Source of the DNA: Bdellovibrionales bacterium
Lineage (GTDB): Bacteria > Bdellovibrionota > Bdellovibrionia > Bdellovibrionales > JAGQZY01
Direction: 5' to 3'
DNA length: 64,000 nucleotides
Assembly: GCA_041736155.1 (NCBI GenBank)
Contig: JBGSUL010000018.1
Location: forward strand, 2,066 to 66,065
Shown: positions 28,035 through 36,130 of the stretch, piece after piece
How the letters are laid out: the number at the start of each line of letters is the position of its first letter
Position numbering within the stretch: position 1 is the first letter of the stretch
Position numbers and translations under genes: made by a program
The notes under the pieces: model-generated
The model's database searches: none
What the model was told of the DNA's origin: nothing
What the model saw: the letters and a program-made list of their open reading frames with translations, nothing else

Positions 28035-29545
28035 GGCTTCTCCTGCTGAATATTTCCAAAGAACTTATATTTTTTGGAATATAATGTATTTTCATTTATT
28101 TTTAAAATTTCAGCTTGTTTACGATTTTTTGATGAGACCGACATAGCTTCTTCAATAGCATTTTTTTCAATCAAGTGAGTTACATCATCAAGGCCGAGAT
28201 GATTGTCTTGCTGAACGAGTCGCTCTGCAATTTTTCTAATCAAGACTTCTAGTGGTTCAAAATCTCTCATTTTAACTGATTTTTTACCATCTACTTGTAT
28301 AAGAATATTTTTCCACATGGAGTAGTCTCGTTTGCCATTTGGTTTAAGTGGACAAAAAATAAAAACTCTTTCAAGTTCGTTTCTTATACCTCGAATGTTA
28401 AATGGTATGTAATCACTTTGAAAATGTTCTTTGAGTGATTGCGGAAAATCAGTATAAGAAAAATCTTGTTTGTGTTCTCTCTGAATTTCATTGGTAATGA
28501 GCTGACAAATATAAGGTAAATCTTCTTTACGTTCTTGTAGGGACGGCATATTTAGGCTGACAATGCTGATTCTAGCGTAGAGGTCGGAACGAAAATATCC
28601 TTGCTTTACCATTTCTTCTAAATTTTTGTTTGTAGCGTATATGTTTCGAGCATTCATTTTGATGTCTGTGTTTCCACCTACGCGACGGAAACTTTTCTCT
28701 TCAATGACCTTAAGCATACTTCCTTGCAGTTCCAGGGAGGCATCTCCAATTTCATCTAAAAAAAGATCCCCGCCAGCAGCGGCTTCAAAAAGTCCTTGTT
28801 TTCTTTCGTTAGAACTTGTGAATGAACCCTTTTCTGAACCGAATAATTCGGATTCGATCAGTGTTTTAGGTATAGAATTTATATTGACGTTTATAAACGG
28901 TCTTTGCTGCTGTTTATTTGCTTCTTTTGTTAATTGGCTTAATCGTTTGGCGGCATGTGTTTTTCCGAGTCCTGATTCTCCAAGAATTAAAACAGGCGTA
29001 TTTACTGAGGCTAGGGTCTTTAACTTAAAGTCAAAATCCTGCATTGCTTTTGACTTCACTATGTATGTGCCTGAATCAGTTTCACCTGTTGTCTTTTGAG
29101 AAAAAAGTTCGAGTTCAGTTTTTGCAGACTTTAGAGCGTTGAGAATTTGTTGGTCGCAGTACAGTTGATTATCAGCAGACGGTTTTTTTGATACATATCC
29201 TAATGCACCATATTGCATGGCTTTGACAGCAGCATGAACATCCTCGCAGGCAGTAATTACTAATATTTTAGAGCGAGGACTAATCTCTAGGATATTTGGA
29301 ATTTCATCAATGCCATCAATTCTGTCGCCGTCCGGCGTTTCGCCCAGATCCTTATCGAGAAGAATCACATGAAATGTTTCTTCTCTGATTTTAAAGCGCA
29401 TTTCTTCAACTGTGGTGGCTGTCTTTATATTAAGAAGGCTCTTATCAAGACTTTTAAAGATGGAAGAGACTCTATAATGAAGAGTAAATAGAGTATCTTT
29501 GTGATCATCCACAATTAAAATGCTGACCTGATCTCGACTATTCAT
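28031..29545 (-). CDS. sigma-54-dependent response regulator (NtrC-family bEBP: receiver + AAA+ + Fis-type HTH)
   Basis: Receiver ILIVDDHKD...HVILLDKDLG. Walker A LILGESGLGKTH. ESELFGSEKGSFTSS (variant GAFTGA loop). GGDLFLDEIGD. C-terminal NRKQAEILKINENTLYSKKYKF. Confidence 0.85.
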   Translation of the reverse strand: MNSRDQVSILIVDDHKDTLFTLHYRVSSIFKSLDKSLLNIKTATTVEEMRFKIREETFHVILLDKDLGETPDGDRIDGIDEIPNILEISPRSKILVITACEDVHAAVKAMQYGALGYVSKKPSADNQLYCDQQILNALKSAKTELELFSQKTTGETDSGTYIVKSKAMQDFDFKLKTLASVNTPVLILGESGLGKTHAAKRLSQLTKEANKQQQRPFINVNINSIPKTLIESELFGSEKGSFTSSNERKQGLFEAAAGGDLFLDEIGDASLELQGSMLKVIEEKSFRRVGGNTDIKMNARNIYATNKNLEEMVKQGYFRSDLYARISIVSLNMPSLQERKEDLPYICQLITNEIQREHKQDFSYTDFPQSLKEHFQSDYIPFNIRGIRNELERVFIFCPLKPNGKRDYSMWKNILIQVDGKKSVKMRDFEPLEVLIRKIAERLVQQDNHLGLDDVTHLIEKNAIEEAMSVSSKNRKQAEILKINENTLYSKKYKFFGNIQQEKP

Positions 29546-29625
29546 TGCCCCGTAACCCCTTTTGAACCCGATAACTGTATATGCTTAAAATATAGGCTCC
29601 GCAAGTCATGGTGTAAAAGTTATAA

Positions 29626-29708
29626 AAAAGTCTTTAAATTTCGTGACTGTCTGTCTTGAATTTTAAAATTTAAAGACTTTCTAAGAGTCACGAAATTTAA
29701 AGACTTTT
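29626..29708. promoter_or_regulatory. 23-bp perfect inverted repeat (candidate activator UAS) plus extra half-site copies
   Basis: AAAAGTCTTTAAATTTCGTGACT (29626-29648) is the exact reverse complement of 29686-29708. A third copy, AATTTAAAGACTTT, lies at about 29668-29681. Related AAAGTCTTTTAA / GTTAAAGAC lies at 29791-29811. Confidence 0.5.
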
Positions 29709-29752
29709 AACTTTTCTATTTAAAATTGGGTATTTAAGTGATGGCAGGTCTT

Positions 29753-29768
29753 TGGCACTCCTTTTGAT
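29753..29768 (+). promoter_or_regulatory. sigma-54-type (-24/-12) promoter candidate for the tra operon
   Basis: TGGCAC-tcctt-TTGAT has the consensus TGGCAC-N5-TTGCW spacing. The -12 element is GA instead of GC. It lies about 87 nt upstream of ATG 29855 and about 45-125 nt downstream of the inverted repeats. Confidence 0.5.
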
Positions 29769-29854
29769 ATATGTCGGTTTGACTGAATAGAAAGTCTTTT
29801 AAGTTAAAGACAAAAAATCAGATCGTTTTGAACTTGAAAGAAAAAGGAGAATTT

Positions 29855-30070
29855 ATGATCGAACATGTTTTAGAAAAAATGGAGCCAACCAACATTAACG
29901 AGGTGAAGACAATTGTACGCACCTGGTATGGGAATCTGCCCATAGAAATCCTCGTTTTAAATAAGCGACTTCAACAAGCCATCATGGAATTTGAAAAAAC
30001 GTGCGAACGTGGCAGTTTTGATTTCGTGAGCTTTACCGAAGAGCCTCTTGCTCTTAGCGCCTCGGAGTAA
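29855..30070 (+). CDS. small hypothetical protein (first ORF of the tra operon)
   Basis: AAAAGGAG SD before ATG 29855 (MIEHVLEKMEPTN...). No family recognised. Confidence 0.4.
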   Translation: MIEHVLEKMEPTNINEVKTIVRTWYGNLPIEILVLNKRLQQAIMEFEKTCERGSFDFVSFTEEPLALSASE

Positions 30071-30073
30071 GCC

Positions 30074-30238
30074 ATGGATCAGCTTCGATTGATTGTGCTT
30101 AAAATGTTTAAAATATCAGATGAAGATCGTACAGAACCCGTTTCTGAGTTTGAACTTATCCTTCGAGACAGAATTAAAGAAGTTCTTGGGTTCTATTCAA
30201 ATAAACAAAATATGAAGGTTGTTAAAAATGGAAAGTAA
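30074..30238 (+). CDS. small hypothetical protein (54 aa)
   Basis: Manual translation: MDQLRLIVLKMFKISDEDRTEPVSEFELILRDRIKEVLGFYSNKQNMKVVKNGK*. It starts 4 nt after the previous stop and overlaps the next start. Below the ORF-track size cut-off. Confidence 0.3.
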   Translation: MDQLRLIVLKMFKISDEDRTEPVSEFELILRDRIKEVLGFYSNKQNMKVVKNGK

Positions 30239-33203
30239 CAAAGACATCAATATTGCAATCACAGGAATATTATTCGTCCTTGTTTTATCTTTCTTATGGA
30301 TTTTAACATTAAAAGCAGGAATTTTTGAGTCTGTTAAAATTATCCAAGCTTACTTTTTAGTAAAAGGTGGAGCATTTTCATTTGTGATTTTAAAAGTGAT
30401 CGTAGTTTATTGCCTTGCCATATTTTCCATCTTGAGTTTTCTAGGAATTGGCGAGTTTGGTAAAAAAATATCTTCCTATAAAAAAACAAAAGATAAAAAA
30501 GAAATCTTTCCGACTGTTATTTCATTCCTTACGGGCCTCATTTCAGGTTGGCTCTTAACAAAATATATAAGTCTTGTTCAGTTGATAGTGCCACTCCCGA
30601 ACATCATACCTTATGAACAGATCAAAATCCTCATCGCAACAATCAATGGTGCTGAAGCGTTATCCGTGGGGTTTTTATTTACTCTCCTTACAAAGAGTCT
30701 GATTAAATTTAATTTCTTAAAAATAGACCGCATTCCAATGATTCCAACACAAAAAAATAAATTAGTTATCGGCACTAAAATCGAAGGTGATGAAGAGAAT
30801 TGGATTGTTCTTGGTGAAAAATCGCTCTCAACAGGTCTACTAACTACTGCTTCTACTGGGAGTGGTAAATCAAGTGCATGTTTGCTTCCTTGGACAAAAC
30901 AAATATTAGAAAATTTTGAACCTAAGCCTTCGATTGTAGTGATTGATGCTAAAGACTCGTTTGCGAGAGACGTTGTAAAGCTCGCTAAAGGGTTAAAGCG
31001 CGATAGCGATCTAGTGCATTTCACGATGGATGGTTCATTTAGAACAAACGTCATCTATCAAAAAGACATACTTAAAAACAGCGGTTATTCAAAAGTGGCG
31101 TCGATGATCCAAGCTGCCACTGACAACTATATGGGGAAACAGACTGGCGAGAGTAAATTCTGGGGTGTGAAGGGCTATACATTCTTAAAGAATATGGTCA
31201 TTTACTGTGCAGGTAAATACGGTGATTATTTCACCCTAAGAGACTTTTATGAGGAAATTATTAAAAGCACAAATTGCGACTATGCTCTTGAGATTGACTC
31301 TTTTTTGCTGAGCGAAAAATTAGATTGGGAAGAAAAGAGAAACCTAGAAATCGCTCAAAGTTACTTTGAATATGAATTCGCAAAACTTGATTCAAAACTT
31401 AAAGACAGCATTGTTCAGTCAGCATCGACATTCCTTGCTCTCTTGAGAGATGCTAAGGTTGAAAAAATATTTTGTCCTAAAAAAGAAGATGTCACATTTT
31501 GGGGATTTGATGAGATCGTAGATAATGGTAAAATCTTCGTTTTTGGAATAGATATACCTGGTCTGTCAGCGCCAATGGCGATTTTGATGAAACTCCTTTA
31601 TCAAAGATCAGTGCTAAATCGAATTAAAGAACCTCAAAGACTTTTAAATAAGCGTCTCAGTGTTGGCATCTATGATGAGTATCAATCTATAGTAACTACA
31701 GGCGGCGGGCAAATCGAAGGCGACGATGATTATGCAGCAAAACGTCGAGAGGCATTGGGTGTAACGATTGCAGCTACACAGTCTTTAAGCTCTCTTGCGC
31801 AGGCCATTGGTAATGATATGGGCCTTGATACGCTTATTCAGAACTTTAGAAATCAGGTCATAGGTCACTCAAAGGACAAGAGAACGGTCGAGTATTGCAA
31901 ATACTTTGCAGGAGAGATCGAGCGCGTGACAGAGAGTAAAAGTTTTTCTGAATCTGGCTCAAATCCATTAAAAAATCTCTTTGGAGGAGGACTTACAACA
32001 TCAAAGCCAACCGTCAGCCAGTCCCTCAATCAGAATGTGCAGAACATTCCACGCATAAATGGTGAAACTCTAAGTACGTTAAGTATTAACGAGGCCGTTG
32101 GGTTTTTCTTTGACGGCGCAAATTCATTTTTCGTCGAAAAAGTGGGTTTAAAACCAAATTATCTAAATAGCATGAGAACAACTCATGCTGATGTTTTGGC
32201 CTTTAGCAGAAAAGCAGCAGCTGTATGTTTGGCTTTATTCATTACTCCAAAAGTTTTTGGAAGCCCTACGGTATGTAGTGCTGTAAAAATGCCGACCTAT
32301 GAAATGTGTATGGAATACAACACGTCTCCGTGCATGTGTGGCGGCACACCGCCTAGACCATGTGTGAGACACTCCTATTATTTCCCACAATCCTTTATTG
32401 AGGTTACAACAGCGGCTAATAAAAGTTTTTTTTCAGAAATCCCAGGAGCGGCAGTTCAAATGTCGTCAGGTTTTCTAGATTCCGTCAGTCATGGAGCCGA
32501 TGACATGGGTGGGTACTTTTATCATGCAAGAATTATCCAGATCCCTTTAAGTAGCTTTGGTTACGAAGGGTTTGCTTGCGGTGGTAATAAGCAAGAAAAG
32601 CTCTGTTTCGATGCTGTATCTGAGCATGTTGATAGTTGGAAGACCGGAATCGCCGATCAATTACAGCCTCAGTACCTTGCTTGGAAAATGGCGATCCCCC
32701 TTTGTTACAAAAAAGCTTTAAAAAATGCCGTTATAGGCGATACCCCCAACCCCCCTTTACAAAATTCCTTGAGCTGTGGGTTCCCACTGAAATCTATCAA
32801 GGTGTTTCCCCCATCCATGAGCGAACAATGCACTGGATGGGGGACTCTTTTTCCTAGAACGGGTTTTGTTGAAAGCTCAAGCTCTGTAGGTGCTGCCCTA
32901 CTGGCTGCAAAACGTCTTAGAAGCTTGGCAAGTGATGTTTATAGATCAACTCCAATGTCGCCGGATGAAAAATGGAGTCTTGTTTACCCAAACTCCTCAA
33001 GCTGCTTTCGAGAAGGTAAATCTCTAGGAGAAATCGAAACAATGCGCGGAGCAAATGAGCTTGGGAGACTTTCAAAAACAAATCATCAGACCTTTTTGTT
33101 TGCTGTGTGGAAAAGAGTGAGCTGTTGCAAGGACTTTGATTCTATACCAGAAACAGCGGCTTCCAAGGTGGCGCTAAAAGCAATTTGCCAAGGGATGGAA
33201 TAA
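30228..33203 (+). CDS. type IV coupling protein (VirD4/TraD/TraG family) fused in frame to a TraU-like domain
   Basis: N-terminal TM helices. Walker A TASTGSGKSSACLLP and Walker B VGIYDEYQS. From aa ~652 comes a signal/TM-like segment (MRTTHADVLAFSRKAAAVCLALFITPKVFG), then TraU-like motifs: YYFPQSFIEVTT, GGYFYHARIIQIPL, CTGWGTLFPRTGFVESSSS, FLFAVWKRVSCC. Confidence 0.75.
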   Translation: MESNKDINIAITGILFVLVLSFLWILTLKAGIFESVKIIQAYFLVKGGAFSFVILKVIVVYCLAIFSILSFLGIGEFGKKISSYKKTKDKKEIFPTVISFLTGLISGWLLTKYISLVQLIVPLPNIIPYEQIKILIATINGAEALSVGFLFTLLTKSLIKFNFLKIDRIPMIPTQKNKLVIGTKIEGDEENWIVLGEKSLSTGLLTTASTGSGKSSACLLPWTKQILENFEPKPSIVVIDAKDSFARDVVKLAKGLKRDSDLVHFTMDGSFRTNVIYQKDILKNSGYSKVASMIQAATDNYMGKQTGESKFWGVKGYTFLKNMVIYCAGKYGDYFTLRDFYEEIIKSTNCDYALEIDSFLLSEKLDWEEKRNLEIAQSYFEYEFAKLDSKLKDSIVQSASTFLALLRDAKVEKIFCPKKEDVTFWGFDEIVDNGKIFVFGIDIPGLSAPMAILMKLLYQRSVLNRIKEPQRLLNKRLSVGIYDEYQSIVTTGGGQIEGDDDYAAKRREALGVTIAATQSLSSLAQAIGNDMGLDTLIQNFRNQVIGHSKDKRTVEYCKYFAGEIERVTESKSFSESGSNPLKNLFGGGLTTSKPTVSQSLNQNVQNIPRINGETLSTLSINEAVGFFFDGANSFFVEKVGLKPNYLNSMRTTHADVLAFSRKAAAVCLALFITPKVFGSPTVCSAVKMPTYEMCMEYNTSPCMCGGTPPRPCVRHSYYFPQSFIEVTTAANKSFFSEIPGAAVQMSSGFLDSVSHGADDMGGYFYHARIIQIPLSSFGYEGFACGGNKQEKLCFDAVSEHVDSWKTGIADQLQPQYLAWKMAIPLCYKKALKNAVIGDTPNPPLQNSLSCGFPLKSIKVFPPSMSEQCTGWGTLFPRTGFVESSSSVGAALLAAKRLRSLASDVYRSTPMSPDEKWSLVYPNSSSCFREGKSLGEIETMRGANELGRLSKTNHQTFLFAVWKRVSCCKDFDSIPETAASKVALKAICQGME

Positions 33204-34747
33204 TGTTTGGTCAATTTTTGGTAGATCAAAAAATTATCAATCAGGCGCAGCTTGATGAGGCATTAGAGGATCAAAAAGTTTCACATGAAAAGCTCGGTCG
33301 AATTTTAATGGCTCAAACAGTCCTAGAAAAAGGACAGCTAGATCAGACGTTATTAACTTATTTAAAAATTGAAAATGCACAGTCTCTTTTAGAAACATAT
33401 AAAGATTCAAAAAATCTTACAAAGGTATTCCTCGGAGAAAAAGTAATTGGTTTTCTGTCGAATGGTACAAAACATCTCTATATCGAAGTATTTTGCGACG
33501 ATGTATTGGTAGAATTAGAAAAAAGGCACTCATTCAAAAAAATCGAATTAATAACAAGTGACCAAAGTAAGTATCTTTCAGGACTTTTTGAAACAAAAGA
33601 TAATAGTCAAAGAGTCGAAAAACCAAAAATATACGGTCCTTTCGATAAGTTTTTATCAAGTGTGTTTGACGAAGCCAAGAAACTTAAGGCCAGCGATATT
33701 CACTTTGACGTGGAAGAGCATGGTCTCAGCGTCCGGTTGAGAGTTCACGGCGATTTGATTGAGTTTAAAAAAGTTGAAAAATCACATGTTCAGTCTTTGA
33801 TGACAAAAGTAAGGAGCGAGGTGGGGCTCCCGCTATCCGTCGTGGGTCGCCCTGCGAGCGGTTCCCGAAATCTTGAGGAATATGGGGTAAAGGTTCGTTC
33901 GGAGTATGCTCCTGAAACTCTTGGAGAAACCATCGTTTGTCGAATTATTGATAACGAAAAAATTAAAAGTGCAAAGATCGAAAATATTGGCGCGGATATT
34001 CTATTTACAGAAAGCTTAATAAAATCTCTCAAAAGAAAAAACGGCCTTATTCTTCTTTGTGGTCAAACAGGGAGCGGTAAATCACTGACTCTTTTTTCAG
34101 CACTTATGTCTCTTGATCGCTTGAGAAAGAAGATAATCACGATTGAGGACCCAGTTGAGTATGAGGGAAATGGTCTTACGCAAATTGATGTGAATAAGCA
34201 CAAGCTTACTTTTAGCGAAGCCTTGAGGTCTAGTCTCAGGCTTGATCCAGATGTGATCATGGTTGGTGAAATACGAGATGAGGAGACTGCAAGTCTTGCG
34301 ATGAGAGCATCGTCCACGGGACATCTAGTGCTAAGCACACTTCATACTAACAGCGCCATAGGGGCTATTAGTCGTTTAAGCGGGATGGGCGTAAAAGAAG
34401 ACGTTTTAGTGGAAAACGTGATTCAAATAAGCGCATTAACTCTTAAAAAAGAGCTGTGTCAAAGGTGCAAAATTCCTATCACCGACTGGAAAGATAAGGA
34501 CACTGAGGCTGAGTTTTTGTCCCTACAAGCCAACAATACAATTTTTTATGAGCCAAACCCAAGTGGCTGCGAGTTTTGTACTCAGGGCCATATTGGTCGA
34601 AAACTTTTAACAGAGACCATTGACTCTGATGTGGTTTATTCAAAGGTTTTTTCTAAAAATAGTGAGGGATATAGGACTTTACTGGATTGCGGAAAAGAGT
34701 ACGCAAGTCTTGGGATTATTTCCCCCTATGAAGTGGTGGGATTATGA
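33203..34747 (+). CDS. GspE/PilB-family secretion ATPase with a T2SSE_N/MshEN-like N-terminal domain
   Basis: Walker A LLCGQTGSGKS. TIEDPVEYE. RLDPDVIMVGEIRDEETA. His box LVLSTLHTN. C-terminal CQRC...CEFC tetracysteine. N-terminus FGQFLVDQKIINQAQLDEALEDQ / KLGRILMAQTVLEKGQLDQTL. TAATG overlap with the upstream gene. Confidence 0.85.
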   Translation: MFGQFLVDQKIINQAQLDEALEDQKVSHEKLGRILMAQTVLEKGQLDQTLLTYLKIENAQSLLETYKDSKNLTKVFLGEKVIGFLSNGTKHLYIEVFCDDVLVELEKRHSFKKIELITSDQSKYLSGLFETKDNSQRVEKPKIYGPFDKFLSSVFDEAKKLKASDIHFDVEEHGLSVRLRVHGDLIEFKKVEKSHVQSLMTKVRSEVGLPLSVVGRPASGSRNLEEYGVKVRSEYAPETLGETIVCRIIDNEKIKSAKIENIGADILFTESLIKSLKRKNGLILLCGQTGSGKSLTLFSALMSLDRLRKKIITIEDPVEYEGNGLTQIDVNKHKLTFSEALRSSLRLDPDVIMVGEIRDEETASLAMRASSTGHLVLSTLHTNSAIGAISRLSGMGVKEDVLVENVIQISALTLKKELCQRCKIPITDWKDKDTEAEFLSLQANNTIFYEPNPSGCEFCTQGHIGRKLLTETIDSDVVYSKVFSKNSEGYRTLLDCGKEYASLGIISPYEVVGL

Positions 34748-35418
34748 TGATCATTATAGTCATCTCACTTCTTCATGCTGAGTATTTTGACCAAAACATT
34801 GAGTATTTTAAGGACCAGACAAAAGCTATTGAGACAAAGAAAAATTTAGAAAAAAAAGAAAAGAAGTTTGATTGGAATACCCATCTTGATAAAAAAAACG
34901 ACGAGTTTTTCAAAGAAGGAGACTATATTCCACCAGCTCCGTTTCTTGAAGCAATGAGACGTCCCACGAAGAAAAATATTCTTCTTTTTGAAAAATGGCA
35001 TGAGAAAAAGAACTTTTTGCTAAAAAGATTCAATGAAAAACGTGCCGAAGTTCTGGGTCGCCCTGTAGTTTCTGAAGAAAAATCAACCGATAAAGAAATT
35101 TCTCTAGATTTGAAAAAATATACTTTTATTTTCTACTTTGATTCCATGTGTTCGTCATGCCGTGGAATGTTTGAAGTTGTAAATGACATGGTAACTCAAG
35201 GGATTTTTATCGAGGCTGTCAGGGTCGATAGTCTTGAAACTGTTGTGCAAGGATTATCCATCCCTTGGACGCGAGCATCTAAGAAGGAAATTGAACAAAC
35301 AAAGATTACAGCAGTTCCTATGCTCCTAGCTTTTGAGAAAGAAACAAAACGAGCATTTAAGATAGTAGGCAAAAAATCAGTTTATGAAATAAATGAAATT
35401 TTAAAAAATCAAAAATAA
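34744..35418 (+). CDS. thioredoxin-fold conjugal transfer protein (TrbB/TraF-like)
   Basis: YFDSMCSSCRGMFEVV contains a CxxC motif in a thioredoxin-like context. The position in the tra operon fits. ATGA overlap upstream. Confidence 0.6.
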   Translation: MMIIIVISLLHAEYFDQNIEYFKDQTKAIETKKNLEKKEKKFDWNTHLDKKNDEFFKEGDYIPPAPFLEAMRRPTKKNILLFEKWHEKKNFLLKRFNEKRAEVLGRPVVSEEKSTDKEISLDLKKYTFIFYFDSMCSSCRGMFEVVNDMVTQGIFIEAVRVDSLETVVQGLSIPWTRASKKEIEQTKITAVPMLLAFEKETKRAFKIVGKKSVYEINEILKNQK

Positions 35419-35427
35419 AGGAGAAGT

Positions 35428-35817
35428 ATGAAAATTTTAAGAAAGATTTTAAAAATATTTAATTGGGATCTAATGACGCTACTTTTGCTGTTAGCATTTG
35501 TGCTTTTCCTCTCATCAAAGGCATCGGCGATAAATATCAGCGGAGAGGATATTTCTGGAGATATGGAGACAGTGGGTAGTCTTTTTAAAACAGCGGATAC
35601 GATGACCTTTGGTTGGGCGTCGCCCCTAATTGCGGGGATATTCATTATTATCGGCTGCGTAGGTCTTATTCGATCAAACTTTATGGTGTTTTTTCTCTGT
35701 TTTACAGCAGCCATTCTCATTTTGCTTGTTCCAAAGATTGTTTCCGAGCTTCGTAGAAAGGGCGGAGATTCGGTCATTAACGCCAAGGCCGTATTTCTAG
35801 AGAAACACTATGTTTGA
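35428..35817 (+). CDS. candidate T4SS pilin (TraA/VirB2-like)
   Basis: Long leader ending SSKASA, then two hydrophobic helices (WASPLIAGIFIIIGCVGLI; FMVFFLCFTAAILILLV). Sits directly upstream of the traL-like gene, as in F. Confidence 0.5.
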   Translation: MKILRKILKIFNWDLMTLLLLLAFVLFLSSKASAINISGEDISGDMETVGSLFKTADTMTFGWASPLIAGIFIIIGCVGLIRSNFMVFFLCFTAAILILLVPKIVSELRRKGGDSVINAKAVFLEKHYV

Positions 35818-36121
35818 TTACAAGAAGATCAAAAGAGAACACGCAAAGGTTACTAATAGAGTCTTATCTGAACCAATCATGGTATTTGATTTTTTGGAGC
35901 TCAAAGAGGCATTACTTGGTGTATTTTTGTTCTTTTATTTTGGCATTGTGGATACAAAGCCATTTTTGCTTCTTACACTACTTTTTTTACTAGTGTTTAT
36001 ATGGCCTCCGTTTAGAGAAAAAATTCCAAGGGGATATCTCCTCCACAAGATATCCAGATATTCGCCAGTAAAAATACCAAACTTTATTGGTGTCAACGGT
36101 TCTTCAAAATTAAGAGTATAG
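35810..36121 (+). CDS. traL: TraL-like small membrane protein
   Basis: 103 aa with a central hydrophobic hairpin (ALLGVFLFFYFGIV...LLLTLLFLLVFIW). F-like gene order pilin-traL-traE-traK-traB. Confidence 0.55.
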   Translation: MFDYKKIKREHAKVTNRVLSEPIMVFDFLELKEALLGVFLFFYFGIVDTKPFLLLTLLFLLVFIWPPFREKIPRGYLLHKISRYSPVKIPNFIGVNGSSKLRV

Positions 36122-36130
36122 GAGTTCATA

